Origin: an uncultured Eubacteriales bacterium
Lineage (GTDB): Bacteria > Bacillota > Clostridia > TANB77 > UBA1234
Reading direction: 5' to 3'
Length of the DNA: 64,000 nt
Assembly (NCBI GenBank): GCA_949283575.1
Contig: CASDSU010000016.1
Coordinates: 130 to 64,129, forward strand
The position numbers and the translations under genes are program-made. The notes beneath the pieces were generated by a model. The model made no database searches. It worked only from the letters and a program-made list of their open reading frames with translations, and was not told where the DNA came from. Shown here piece after piece: positions 1 through 10,367 of this stretch (position 1 is the first letter of the stretch; every line of letters starts with the position of its first letter).

Positions 1-488
1 GATTCGTTTTTTAGTTCTTTCGAACTCAGGTTATTTATTGTACTGTATAGTACTGCTTCTATCTGGTTATTTGATAGAAACTCGCTTGGTTTCTCTTATT
101 TCTCATTGTTTACTTTTCAATGTACTTTTGCTCTCTCTTCGAGAGTGCTTTTGAATTATACCAAGTGTATAATTCTTTGTCAATATCTTTTCGAAAAATT
201 TTTATTTATTTTTTAAGTTAATTATTTATAAATAAATAATTATTTTTCTCTCGAGCTGACAATGATTATATTAGCACGCCACTCGACAAAAGTCAACAAG
301 TTTTTTATAATTTTTTTGGTTTATTTTTTACATTTACAAAAAAACTGCAAAGTATATATTTAATGCATTTTTGCAGGTTTTTGTTCTTATGTTTTGTAAA
401 CCTTTTTAGGTATACTTATTCGTTATGTTTCTTTATATATTTCTATATCCATATTTATTATATATATACTTAAATATGTACCTTGTTT

Positions 489-731
489 TTACTGCCTCAT
501 ATCATTAAATTCGACTAATATAATATCTTCACCTATTCTCTTTATTTTCTCCCATGGGATTACCACATCATTTTTATTACTTAATGAGAATAATTTCCCA
601 TTGCCTTGTACAACTATTGCTGTAATCTCACCAGTTTCAAAGTTTGCTTCAACATCTTGAACATATCCTAATCTTTTTCCATCAGTTATATTTATCACCT
701 CTTTTTGCTTAAATGTTAATGCCCTTCCCAT
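489..731 (-). CDS. YlmC/YmxH-family PRC-barrel sporulation protein
   Basis: 80-aa ORF; sequence pattern typical of YlmC/YmxH small PRC-barrel proteins; sits next to sigG. Confidence 0.65.
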   Translation of the reverse strand: MGRALTFKQKEVINITDGKRLGYVQDVEANFETGEITAIVVQGNGKLFSLSNKNDVVIPWEKIKRIGEDIILVEFNDMRQ

Positions 732-855
732 TTCTTCACTTCCTTTCGCACGCTATATAATAATATATGCATACTTTTTCTTTTCTTTACTTTTTTGTAT
801 ATAATTTAAGAAGATTTATGTTTTTATTCATAAAACATAAATCTTCTCATTTTCT

Positions 856-1626
856 TTATATACTTTTCCTCATGTGTAATAATGCTGTTTTTTCAAGTCT
901 TGACACTTGTGCTTGAGATATTCCTATCTCATCTGCTACTTCCATCTGTGTTTTTCCATCAAAGAATCTCTTCTTTATTATATTACGTTCTCTTGCTGTT
1001 AATTTTTTTAATCCTTCGCTTATCGCTATGTCTTCTACCCAATTTTCATCTATGTTTTTATTATCACTTATTTGGTCCATTATAAATAATGCATCAGCAC
1101 CATCATTATATACTGGTTCATATAATGATATCGGTTCTTGAATTGCATCAAGTGCATGTGATATTTCTTCTTTTTCAAATCCTAATCTTTGAGCTATCTC
1201 GTCTATTGTTGCATCCCTGTTTTCTTCATTTAATATTTGTTCTCTCATTTGTAATGCTTTATATGCTATATCTCGCAACGATCTGCTAACTCTTATAGAA
1301 TTATTGTCTCTCAAATGTCTTCTTATTTCTCCTATTATCATTGGAACAGCATATGTTGAAAATAATACGTTTTGTGATAAATCAAAATTATCTATCGCTT
1401 TTATTAATCCAATACATCCCACCTGAAATAAGTCATCCGCATTTTCATTACGATTGTTGAAGCGTTTTATTACGCTAAGTACTAATTTCAAATTACCATT
1501 TATGAATTTTTGTCTCGCCTCTTCATTTCCTTTTTTTATTTCTATAAATAACTTTTCCTTTTCTTCGTTTGTAAGTACTGGCAATTTGGAGGTATTAACA
1601 CCACATATCTCTACTTTTTTTATCAA
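856..1626 (-). CDS. sigG: RNA polymerase sporulation sigma factor SigG
   Basis: 256 aa; N-terminus KVEICGVNTSKLPVL and regions 2-4 (DLFQVGCIGL, STYAVPMIIGEIRR, GISQAQVSRLEK) match forespore sigma-G; downstream of sigE as in Bacillus/Clostridium. Confidence 0.9.
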   Translation of the reverse strand: MIKKVEICGVNTSKLPVLTNEEKEKLFIEIKKGNEEARQKFINGNLKLVLSVIKRFNNRNENADDLFQVGCIGLIKAIDNFDLSQNVLFSTYAVPMIIGEIRRHLRDNNSIRVSRSLRDIAYKALQMREQILNEENRDATIDEIAQRLGFEKEEISHALDAIQEPISLYEPVYNDGADALFIMDQISDNKNIDENWVEDIAISEGLKKLTARERNIIKKRFFDGKTQMEVADEIGISQAQVSRLEKTALLHMRKSI

Positions 1627-1734
1627 ACAAAAACCTCCTTTGAAAATACTTTAATCTAAGTATTCCCAAAAGAGGTTTTACATATACTTCCAAGTTTAAT
1701 TTTAGATTTATAAATTCTTACCATGATATAGGTT

Positions 1735-2409
1735 CTATATTACATATAAGACTATACATAAAAACTGTAATATTGTTCCCAAAACGACAAACAGATGAAA
1801 AACTGAATGTATATATTTTTTCTTCTTTCCTAATCCATATAGAATTGCACCAAATGAATAAGCAATTCCTCCAGCAATTAATAATATTAACCCTACTTTG
1901 TCTAGTAATGTTGGAAGCAAGTTCGCTTTTAATATTATACACCATCCCATAGCTAAGTAGCTTATCATTGATAATTTTTTATATTTCTTTATGTCTATTG
2001 AGTTAAGTATAATTCCTATTATAGCCATTGCCCATATTACTCCAAATATTGTCCATCCGGTTAGTGGATCATATTTTCTGAGCATTACTAAACAAAACGG
2101 AGTGTATGAACCTGCTATAAGTAAAAATATAGAACAGTGATCTAATATTTGAAACACTTTTTTAGCGTTTGTTTTTGATCCTAATCCATGATATATGCTG
2201 GACATGGTATACAAAACAATTATGCTTATTCCATATATTATAGAACTAACTACTGCATATCCATCTCGGTGATACGCAGAGACTGCAACACATATTACTA
2301 ACGCTATCAAACCAAAGGCTGCACCAGCAATATGAGAAGTCATATTAAAAATTTCTTCTCCTTTGGTGTATTTGGGTAATATTCTATCTTTAAGTTTTGT
2401 TCTTTCCAT
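1735..2409 (-). CDS. hemolysin III / PAQR family membrane protein
   Basis: 224 aa, 7 predicted TM helices, conserved His-containing motifs of the HlyIII/YqfA family. Confidence 0.75.
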   Translation of the reverse strand: MERTKLKDRILPKYTKGEEIFNMTSHIAGAAFGLIALVICVAVSAYHRDGYAVVSSIIYGISIIVLYTMSSIYHGLGSKTNAKKVFQILDHCSIFLLIAGSYTPFCLVMLRKYDPLTGWTIFGVIWAMAIIGIILNSIDIKKYKKLSMISYLAMGWCIILKANLLPTLLDKVGLILLIAGGIAYSFGAILYGLGKKKKYIHSVFHLFVVLGTILQFLCIVLYVI

Positions 2410-2510
2410 TTATCCTCCTCTTATGCATTTTATCTAGTTTACCATACCAGATTATCATTTTTACTATACCGCGTCAATAAATTCACAATATATTCATATA
2501 GAAGTTTTAA

Positions 2511-2539
2511 TTGACGATATTTTTTTATCATGGTATTAT
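2511..2539 (+). promoter_or_regulatory. sigma-A-like promoter (TTGACG-17-TATTAT) for the DUF1836 gene
   Basis: hexamers with 17-bp spacer about 20 bp upstream of the RBS AGGAGG and the ATG at 2560. Confidence 0.4.
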
Positions 2540-2559
2540 TTTTCTAGGAGGTAAAAGCC

Positions 2560-3072
2560 ATGGCAAATAAACAACCTGTTTCAGTAAATAATTTTCATAT
2601 TCCTAGATGGAAAGAATTGCCGAACATTGAATTATATTTAGATCAAGTAGTTAAACTAGTCAACAGTTGCTTAGCACCATATATAAATCCTAATTCTGAA
2701 GATGAAAATGAATTACTAACAAAAACTATGATTAACAATTATGTTAAAAATAATTTGATAGATGCTCCTGTAAAGAAACAATATTCTAGGGTTCAACTCG
2801 CTAAATTATTTGTTATTTGTGTTCTTAAGCAGGTTTATAGTATGCAAGATATTTCTATGTTAATTGATACTGCTTTAAAAAATTATAGGATTGAAATTGC
2901 ATACAATCAATTTTGTAGACTATTTGAGCAAGCTTTAATATGTACATACACAAAAAAAGATTTCATAGATCGTGGTTCTAGTAACGATTATTTATATTTA
3001 CTTAAATCAGTTCTACTTTCTTGTAGTTACAAAATATACTCAAAAAACATCATTACAAATCAAAAGAAATAA
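2560..3072 (+). CDS. DUF1836-family protein
   Basis: 170-aa ORF with strong RBS; matches Firmicutes DUF1836 proteins by pattern. Confidence 0.55.
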   Translation: MANKQPVSVNNFHIPRWKELPNIELYLDQVVKLVNSCLAPYINPNSEDENELLTKTMINNYVKNNLIDAPVKKQYSRVQLAKLFVICVLKQVYSMQDISMLIDTALKNYRIEIAYNQFCRLFEQALICTYTKKDFIDRGSSNDYLYLLKSVLLSCSYKIYSKNIITNQKK

Positions 3073-3075
3073 ACA

Positions 3076-3109
3076 AAAAGGACAAAGGGACACCGCTCTT
3101 GTCCTTTTT
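3076..3109. terminator. bidirectional rho-independent terminator (AAAAGGACAAAG...CTCTTGTCCTTTTT)
   Basis: GGAC-stem hairpin flanked by A-run and T-run; ends both the DUF1836 gene and the ancestral sigE frame. Confidence 0.6.
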
Positions 3110-3837
3110 ATATTTTAGTGCTCATTTCTTTTTTCATTTTTAATATTATTTTTTTCTCTAATCTAGATATATATGATTGCGATATTCCGAAGCATGTCCG
3201 CCACTTCTTTTTGCGTCTTTTCTTTTCCACTTATAAAACCAAATCTAAGTTCCATTATTATTTTTTCTCTTTTATTTAGTCTTTTCATAGATTCTCTTAT
3301 TAATTCATTATCGACTGCTTTTTCTAATCTTTTAAAAACGACATCATCATCTGTTCCAATTATGTCTGAAAGCAATAATTCATTGCCATCCCCATCTGTA
3401 TTTAATGGTTCATCTATTGATACTTCATTTTTAATTTTGTTTATTTTTCGAAGATGCATTAATATTTCATTTTCTATACAACGCGATGCATATGTTGCAA
3501 GTTTTATTTTCTTATCTACATCATATGTATTTATAGCTTTTACCAACCCTATTGTTCCAATTGATACTAGATCCTCCAATCCAACTGAAGTATTTTCAAA
3601 TTTTTTTGCAATATAAACTACTAATCGTAGGTTATGCTCTATTAGTTTTTTCTTAACAGTATCATCTGATTTTAATTTCGATAATATATCATTTTCTTCA
3701 TCTATTGTTAGTGGTGGCGGAAGTGTTTCATTTCCACCAATATAATAAATATTGTTACACGTATTAATTCCCAAAAAGGTTAAAACTTTTGAAATTATTT
3801 TTTCTACTCTTGTCTTAATTAAAAATAATATCTCCAT
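3108..3837 (-). pseudogene. sigE: sporulation sigma factor SigE (pro-sigma-E) with a +1 frameshift that removes region 4.2
   Basis: ORF 3163..3903 has canonical SigE regions 2-3 but ends ...[15 protein letters not shown]. Shifting one base restores the consensus [26 protein letters not shown] and runs to a stop at 3108 abutting the terminator. Extra base in + strand TTCCGAAG around 3186-3192. Confidence 0.8.
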
Positions 3838-4654
3838 ATTTATTCTCCTTTTTCTTTTTCTTTTTATTTTCTTTTGTAACATTGCTTTTGGTAGCATGTT
3901 CAAAAAAATTCAATCCCATTATTGCATCATATCCATAAAAGTCTACATCAGAAATTATTATTACTGCTTCGTTTACATACTCCGTTTCTCTATATATGAC
4001 TTTTATATTAGTAATTTTTTCACCTTTCACAATAACTGATTCATGCTGTATTGTTTTATAAGAAACTGTTCTATCTCCTTTACTTATTTTTCTAACATCT
4101 TTCATTTTTTCGTTCCAGCTATGTGATAATACAATTACCGGTTCACCATAACATGTTGTGAGATTATGACCTGTATCTATCAATGTTTTTAAAGTTTGAT
4201 TTTTATCAAATATTTGTGTTTCTGCAATATAACTTTGTATTTGATATTTCTTTTTATATTCTTTTATCAATATTAAAAACAAAAAAATAATTGTCAGAAC
4301 AAAACTAAATGTATTTAATTCATTTATCTTTGCATATAAAAATATTCCCCCGACAAAAAAAGTAACTATATAAAACAACACAACCGTACTCATGTATGTA
4401 TAAATACTATTAAATTTAAAAGCTATATTTACAATTATTGTTGCACAAATTAATTTCAAAATATTTGTAACATTTATTGAAAATAATAAAGTTAAAATAG
4501 TAAATATACTAGCAACAAGACTCGATATAAATATTTTGATAAGTGTTGTTTTTTGAGAAGAAAATTTTGATGTCAAATAAATTATTATAAAGTTAATAAT
4601 TATTTCTTTTACAAATAAAATATCTATGTACATTATCATGACATGATTGTACAT
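3815..4654 (-). CDS. spoIIGA: sigma-E processing peptidase SpoIIGA
   Basis: 279-aa polytopic membrane protein with the aspartic protease motif LIDTGHNL; immediately upstream of sigE. Confidence 0.8.
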   Translation of the reverse strand: MYNHVMIMYIDILFVKEIIINFIIIYLTSKFSSQKTTLIKIFISSLVASIFTILTLLFSINVTNILKLICATIIVNIAFKFNSIYTYMSTVVLFYIVTFFVGGIFLYAKINELNTFSFVLTIIFLFLILIKEYKKKYQIQSYIAETQIFDKNQTLKTLIDTGHNLTTCYGEPVIVLSHSWNEKMKDVRKISKGDRTVSYKTIQHESVIVKGEKITNIKVIYRETEYVNEAVIIISDVDFYGYDAIMGLNFFEHATKSNVTKENKKKKKKENKYGDIIFN

Positions 4655-4740
4655 TTTTTATTTTAAAAAATCTGTCTATTTTTAGTATGAAAAATAAAAA
4701 AGAGGTCTGCATAATGCGACCTCTTTTTACATTGTATTTG

Positions 4741-5553
4741 TTATTTGTTATTTATTATATGTACATCCATTTGATTATATGGAATTTCAATTCCATTCTT
4801 ATCGAACTCATCTTTTAAACCTTCTAACAAATCGAAGTATACCTCCCAGTAATCTGCACTATTAGCCCATACTCTTAATGTATAATCGATTCCACTAGCT
4901 TGATAAGCTGTTGTTTTTACGAATATAGGTTTATCTCTCAAAATTTTAGGATGATTATCTATTGCCTTATTCATGATTTCTTTTATCTTATTTTTATCCG
5001 CTGTATATGATAAATTGAATGTAACATCAACTCTTCTCAATGATTGTTCTGAATAATTTGTAATAACTGAATTTATTATTTCCTTGTTTGGTACATGAAT
5101 CTTTTTGTTATCTGGTGTTGTTAAAACTGTATGTGAAAAATTGATTTCACTTACTGTTCCACTAACAGAAGCACCTTCAATATAATCTCCGCTTTTAAAT
5201 GGACGTGTTGCTAAAATCATTACTCCACTTGCTAAATTTCCTAAAGCATCTTGAATTGCAAGTGAAGCAGCAAGACCTACAACACTAAATGTGGCTAATA
5301 GCGATGTAACAGGAATGCTCAACATGTCTGCAATAATTAAGACTAATATGAAATATAGTATTACTTTTATTACTTTCTCAATGAAAAATACTAAACTTTT
5401 GTCTAAATTTGTTTTTTTCATTACCCTCTTCACAAGTTTCATTATAACTTTTATTGAAAGTAAGCAAATAATAAGTGTAAATACTATTGGTATTAATGCT
5501 TTGGCTATTTCTACAATATCAATGTTCATATGTTGTATAAAAAATTCTCTCAT
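4741..5553 (-). CDS. mechanosensitive ion channel (MscS family)
   Basis: 270 aa; N-terminal TM helices followed by the MscS beta domain (pattern match). Confidence 0.75.
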   Translation of the reverse strand: MREFFIQHMNIDIVEIAKALIPIVFTLIICLLSIKVIMKLVKRVMKKTNLDKSLVFFIEKVIKVILYFILVLIIADMLSIPVTSLLATFSVVGLAASLAIQDALGNLASGVMILATRPFKSGDYIEGASVSGTVSEINFSHTVLTTPDNKKIHVPNKEIINSVITNYSEQSLRRVDVTFNLSYTADKNKIKEIMNKAIDNHPKILRDKPIFVKTTAYQASGIDYTLRVWANSADYWEVYFDLLEGLKDEFDKNGIEIPYNQMDVHIINNK

Positions 5554-5659
5554 CTATTATTCCTCCTTTTTCTACAAAAATATACTAACATATTTTCCAC
5601 TAAATTTAAAGTACTCTATTATATTTTCGTTTTACGTTTTAAAGCTAATTTCTCTTTAT

Positions 5660-5697
5660 AAAAAACTCAGATGCGATTTATCACACATCTGAGCATT
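5660..5697 (-). terminator. rho-independent terminator after ftsZ
   Basis: CTCAGATG...CATCTGAG hairpin followed by a T-run on the minus strand. Confidence 0.5.
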
Positions 5698-5701
5698 TAT
5701 A

Positions 5702-6820
5702 TTAAAAATTACTTGTATCTATAATTTTATTCTTTTTTCTCAAAAATGTTGGTACATCTAAGTTGTTAGGATCTGAACTTGAAGTTCTGATTTCTGGAGT
5801 TTGTGTCTTTGTAAAAGGATCTGAGCCTAAAATTTTACCAACAGCATTAGCTGATAGTGGAACTCTATCTCTGTCGAAACCTGTTGCAATAACTGTAACT
5901 GACATCTCGTCTCCCATTTTTTCATCAATAACAGCACCAAATATAATATTTGCATCTGAATCGATACTCTTTTGAACAAGTTCTGCTGCTGTGTTTACCT
6001 CAAATATACCAAGGTCTGGACCAGCAGTAATATTTAAAAGTACTCCTCTTGCACCCTCTATTGAAGATTCAAGAAGTGGACTGTTAATAGCTAATTTAGC
6101 AGCTTCCTCAGCTCTATTTTCTCCGCTTGCTCTACCAATACCTAAATGTGCCATACCTGTGTCACACATAATTGTTTTTACATCGGCAAAGTCTAAGTTA
6201 ATCAAACCAGGAATAGCTATTAAATCTGAAATACCTTGTACACCTTGACGTAATACTTCATCAGACATTATAAAACCATCTGCAAATGATGTTTTTCTAT
6301 CTGCTATTTGCATTATTCTATCGTTAGGGATAACAACAAGTGTATCAACTTTTTCTTTTAAACTTGCAATTCCTCTTTCAGCATTTTGCATTCTCTTCTT
6401 ACCTTCATATGCAAAAGGTTTTGTAACAACTGCAACAGTTAGTATTCCAAGTTCTTTGGCAATTTGTGCAACAACTGGCGCAGCACCTGTTCCAGTTCCG
6501 CCTCCCATACCTGCTGTTACAAATACCATATCAGCGCCTTTTAATACATTTGCAATTTCTTCTTTTGTTTCTTCAGCAGCTTTTTCTCCTACTAGAGGAT
6601 CTCCACCTGCACCAAGACATCTTGTTAATTTTTCACCAATTTGAATTTTAGTTGGCGCTTTAGATAATTGTAGCACTTGTCTATCTGTATTAGCTGCAAT
6701 AAATTCAACACCTGTAACTCTTGCATCTATCATTCTATTTATTGCATTATTACCAGCTCCACCTACACCAATGACTTTAATTTTTGCCATTCCATCAAAA
6801 CTCACTTCTTGTTCGTACAC
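5702..6820 (-). CDS. ftsZ: cell division GTPase FtsZ
   Basis: 372 aa; tubulin signature [20 protein letters not shown]-terminus. Confidence 0.95.
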   Translation of the reverse strand: MYEQEVSFDGMAKIKVIGVGGAGNNAINRMIDARVTGVEFIAANTDRQVLQLSKAPTKIQIGEKLTRCLGAGGDPLVGEKAAEETKEEIANVLKGADMVFVTAGMGGGTGTGAAPVVAQIAKELGILTVAVVTKPFAYEGKKRMQNAERGIASLKEKVDTLVVIPNDRIMQIADRKTSFADGFIMSDEVLRQGVQGISDLIAIPGLINLDFADVKTIMCDTGMAHLGIGRASGENRAEEAAKLAINSPLLESSIEGARGVLLNITAGPDLGIFEVNTAAELVQKSIDSDANIIFGAVIDEKMGDEMSVTVIATGFDRDRVPLSANAVGKILGSDPFTKTQTPEIRTSSSDPNNLDVPTFLRKKNKIIDTSNF

Positions 6821-6832
6821 TCTAAACTCCCC

Positions 6833-8089
6833 CTACTTCTTTAATTTACTAGGTTTTGCACCTAACAGACTTTTAAAAGATTGAACTACATTCTCAAAAA
6901 ACGTCTGCTCAATATCTTCTTGTACTTTACTTCCTATATTTTTTGAATGTTTAATATTTGAAACATACTTAACAATTCCATATGCACCTAAGCAATCAGA
7001 TTTTATTAAGTTTGCTGTTTTCGAATTTCCAAATTTAACACTAGTATGTAATATTTCTTCGGCTGTCTTCTCACTTTTATTTATTGAATTAATACCTTGT
7101 CCAGCTATCACACAAGAATTAATTGAACTTTTCAAATTATTTTCTTCTATTTTTTGTTTTATAATCATGAACATCTCTTCAACTCTAGCTTCTATTATTT
7201 CAACAAGTTCTGAACATTTAACTGTTTTAGATTTTGCATCACCCGTATAAGTCGAAAGAGTTATACTATAATCATTATCAATATAAGAAACTCTTGATAA
7301 ACCATATTGTTTTTTCAATTTATCTGCTTCTTGATATGATATTTCTAAACCAATTGAAATATCATTGGTTATAGTATCTCCACCAACAGGAATAGAATCC
7401 GTAAACAAAATTCCATTATTTTTGAACACAGATATATCTACATTTCCAGCACCTATATCTAATAGCAAGACACCGCTATTTTTTTCTTCATCACTTAAAA
7501 CAATGTCTTTCATCGCAAATCCATTTGTTACAATTCCATCTATCTGAAGACCAGCCTTTTGCATAACTATCCCTATGCTTTTTACAGCATTTTTATCTGC
7601 AATAATAACATCTAATTCTGCTTCTAGGAAATCTGTGAATATTCCAATTGGATCATCGGTAATTCTTGAATCCGTAATAAATTTTGAAGGAACAACGTCG
7701 ATTATTTGATGTCCTTCTGGAACTTCAAGTTTACCTACGTTTCTTATTATTGTATCTATATCTTTTTGTGAAACGCCTGCATATTTATCTTCTAATTTTA
7801 CACTATATTTTGTTTTAAACACTGAAACGTGCATTCCGACAATATTTACATAGGCTGATTTTATTATAAAGTCTTGCGTTGCTTCTATATCACTAATTGC
7901 AAATCTTATTGCGCGTGCTACGGCATCTTGACTTACAATCTTTCCTTTCCTTAAACCTTCACATGTTACACTCGATGAGTTTAAAATTTCAACTTGATTG
8001 AACTTATTAATTTGACCTAAACAACAACAAACTTTAGAGGTGCCTATGTCTATTCCGACAATTATGTCACCAATTGCCAAACCCCACAC
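6833..8089 (-). CDS. ftsA: cell division protein FtsA
   Basis: 418 aa; actin-like ATPase, IVGIDIGTSKV motif. True start may be the TTG at about 8080, since the RBS AGGGGG sits too close to the GTG at 8089. Confidence 0.9.
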   Translation of the reverse strand: MWGLAIGDIIVGIDIGTSKVCCCLGQINKFNQVEILNSSSVTCEGLRKGKIVSQDAVARAIRFAISDIEATQDFIIKSAYVNIVGMHVSVFKTKYSVKLEDKYAGVSQKDIDTIIRNVGKLEVPEGHQIIDVVPSKFITDSRITDDPIGIFTDFLEAELDVIIADKNAVKSIGIVMQKAGLQIDGIVTNGFAMKDIVLSDEEKNSGVLLLDIGAGNVDISVFKNNGILFTDSIPVGGDTITNDISIGLEISYQEADKLKKQYGLSRVSYIDNDYSITLSTYTGDAKSKTVKCSELVEIIEARVEEMFMIIKQKIEENNLKSSINSCVIAGQGINSINKSEKTAEEILHTSVKFGNSKTANLIKSDCLGAYGIVKYVSNIKHSKNIGSKVQEDIEQTFFENVVQSFKSLLGAKPSKLKK

Positions 8090-8159
8090 CCCCTAATCAA
8101 ATTTCGCAACTAAAGAATATTATATTGAGAATAAAAAGTCAACAAAATTATTTCAAAAA

Positions 8160-8192
8160 GATTACAAAAAGATTACACTCTGATTACACTCC
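8160..8192 (-). promoter_or_regulatory. three direct TGTAATC repeats with 11-bp periodicity (WalR-type TGTWAH-N5-TGTWAH consensus) upstream of ftsA
   Basis: minus-strand reading GGAG-TGTAATC-AGAG-TGTAATC-TTTT-TGTAATC, about 70-100 bp upstream of the ftsA start. Confidence 0.45.
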
Positions 8193-8247
8193 TAAAACAC
8201 TGTAGACATAATTATTTTCAATAAATATTTTTTTGTTTTTTTAGATT

Positions 8248-8290
8248 AAAAAATACGAGAATTAATAATTGATAATTCTCGTACTTTTTA
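8248..8290 (-). terminator. rho-independent terminator after sbp
   Basis: AAATACGAGAATT...AATTCTCGTACTTTT hairpin plus T-run. Confidence 0.5.
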
Positions 8291-8306
8291 AATTATTGTA
8301 CAGCAC

Positions 8307-8663
8307 TTAGTTTTTTTTATTATCAATTACTTTGGTTATAAAATATCTTCTTATGGCTGATAGATTATTAAATATTCTAAATACAAAAACAAAAATTGCA
8401 GCCAAATAAATATCTACTCCTAGATTTTGACCTATCATAGTAAATATTATTGCAATTATTGCATTTATAAAAAAACCTGACACGAATATATGTATATCAT
8501 ACTTGTTTTGTGTTTTGGCCGAGAATGCTCCCGCAATACTATCTAATGCAGCCATTATAGCAATAGCTAAATATTTCGAATATTCATATGATACTGTTGG
8601 CATAAAGTTTCCAACAACACATCCCAATATAACACATATTACTCCATACACAAATGTAGTCAT
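8307..8663 (-). CDS. sbp: small basic protein Sbp (DUF1290)
   Basis: about 118-aa membrane protein at the conserved divIB-ylxW-sbp-ftsA position; start chosen at the internal Met abutting the upstream gene stop. Confidence 0.55.
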   Translation of the reverse strand: MTTFVYGVICVILGCVVGNFMPTVSYEYSKYLAIAIMAALDSIAGAFSAKTQNKYDIHIFVSGFFINAIIAIIFTMIGQNLGVDIYLAAIFVFVFRIFNNLSAIRRYFITKVIDNKKN

Positions 8664-8664
8664 T

Positions 8665-9441
8665 TTACTCAACCTCCAACACAGATGTTGCATATTGATA
8701 TTTAAGAACCCTATCATATGCAGGAATTATTAATTCTTCATGTTCCTCAATAGTAACATCAATTTTTGCACTTTGCATTTCACTTACAATTCCACCTCTT
8801 AATCTTAAAGCGCCTTTAAGTGTGATTGGCTCTCCTATAGCAGAAATTGTATATGGTGCAGAAAGGTTTATTCCATTTATTTGGATAACAGGTCCTACAC
8901 ATCTTATTGCTGTCGTAGCTATTATTCTTTGCCCATTTACAGAAAAGGCTTCTGCTCCAGCAGCTGCAAGTTCATTTATAACTGAAATAATATCTGTGTC
9001 ATGTATAACATATACATTAGGATTATAATAACCAGAAGCCTCATTTATTTCTTCTATTACAGTTGTATCATCTAAATGAACAGTAATTCCTTTGCCTTTA
9101 ACTTTTGAAATTCCAGCTAGTATATTAGCTTCATCTAATTCTTTTTTCATAATTTTTACTGTATCATCATTCTGTGCTGACGCAACTCTATATTCTTCAA
9201 TCTTTTCGTTTAATTCTTCATTTTTTTGAACTGAAGCTTCATAAACTTCTCTCCACTGCTCTATTTCATCTCTTAATTCATTTTCTTTTTTTAATCTCAA
9301 TATATCTGATTCACTCGTATTAATCGTTCTCACTTGAATTGTGAAACAAAGTGAAAGTAAAAAGCATATTACGCATACCGTTATTTGAGTTGGAGTTATT
9401 TTTTTTCCTTTTATTTCATCCACCATCTTATCAAAGTGCAT
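8665..9441 (-). CDS. DUF881-family division-cluster protein (YlxW/YlxX-like)
   Basis: 258 aa; N-terminal TM plus coiled coil plus DUF881 pattern; conserved position between divIB and sbp. Confidence 0.7.
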   Translation of the reverse strand: MHFDKMVDEIKGKKITPTQITVCVICFLLSLCFTIQVRTINTSESDILRLKKENELRDEIEQWREVYEASVQKNEELNEKIEEYRVASAQNDDTVKIMKKELDEANILAGISKVKGKGITVHLDDTTVIEEINEASGYYNPNVYVIHDTDIISVINELAAAGAEAFSVNGQRIIATTAIRCVGPVIQINGINLSAPYTISAIGEPITLKGALRLRGGIVSEMQSAKIDVTIEEHEELIIPAYDRVLKYQYATSVLEVE

Positions 9442-9461
9442 TTCTTTTATTCACCTCATTA

Positions 9462-10328
9462 TTACATATTATTTATATCAACAAATATTGATTTTTCAGC
9501 ATATTCCTCACTACTAATATCAAGTCTTCCTCTTTTGTCATGTAATTTATTTAGTATTTGCTCTAAGAATGTTAACTTCTCCGTAATTATATTTTTATCT
9601 ATTTGTCCATATATAATCTCAATTTCGTGTCCATCTAACCAAATTTTTACTTCACCAATTTCTTCATAATTGATTTCACGTATAGCATATTTAAAATCTC
9701 TTTGTTCTGCTGTTTCAATTAATGTAACAACATTTTTTAATTTTACACTTGATGTATCAGAAAGTTTTTCACCAAGTTCATATTCTTCAACATCAATTCC
9801 ATATATTACAGGTAATTCAAGATTTTCTTTATCTTTTTTTATTTCTAGAAGATATCCAAATCTATCAACTACAAAATACGATTCTAAAAATTTTATAAGC
9901 GCATATGGTTTTCGCTCAGTATAATCAATCTCAATTTTATCTGGAAATCTAATCATAAGTTTAACATCTTCTATATACGGTAGTGATTTCACATCGCTTT
10001 TTAACTCTTTATAATTTTGCTTAAAAACATTTTCACCATATTTAACATTTACAACATTTGATATCTCTTCTTTCTTCACATTGATACCATCTTCAACTAT
10101 AATTTCATTTAGATTAAAGGCTGGTGAAAATAAGATACCTATTGAAAGACCAATTATAACTAAAAACAAAAAAAACATTAAAAATTTTAATCCAGTGTTT
10201 TCTTTTTTTAATTTATCTTCTTTATTTTTTCGTTTTCTTGAGCTAGTACCAACGGCTTCTGATGAAACGTTATTTCTAGATTGTTTTGAATTTTTAGATA
10301 TTATATCATTCTTAGCCATTTTTACCAC
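9462..10328 (-). CDS. divIB: cell division protein DivIB/FtsQ (POTRA domain)
   Basis: 288 aa; basic N-terminus, single TM, POTRA-like region; conserved synteny. Confidence 0.75.
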   Translation of the reverse strand: MVKMAKNDIISKNSKQSRNNVSSEAVGTSSRKRKNKEDKLKKENTGLKFLMFFLFLVIIGLSIGILFSPAFNLNEIIVEDGINVKKEEISNVVNVKYGENVFKQNYKELKSDVKSLPYIEDVKLMIRFPDKIEIDYTERKPYALIKFLESYFVVDRFGYLLEIKKDKENLELPVIYGIDVEEYELGEKLSDTSSVKLKNVVTLIETAEQRDFKYAIREINYEEIGEVKIWLDGHEIEIIYGQIDKNIITEKLTFLEQILNKLHDKRGRLDISSEEYAEKSIFVDINNM

Positions 10329-10367
10329 CTCTTATATTATATTTTTTAAGCATCGTCATTTATTGTA

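Noticed and set aside
1627-1717. Sigma-F/G-type promoter upstream of sigG
   Set aside because: Only a poor match (GTATA-17-GAATACT) to the GHATR-N17-CATXHTA consensus; not strong enough to annotate
5763-6651. Several 60-85-aa plus-strand ORFs inside ftsZ (5763..5975, 5991..6248, 6456..6644, 6466..6651)
   Set aside because: Antisense shadow ORFs within a highly conserved minus-strand gene; low-complexity translations, no RBS
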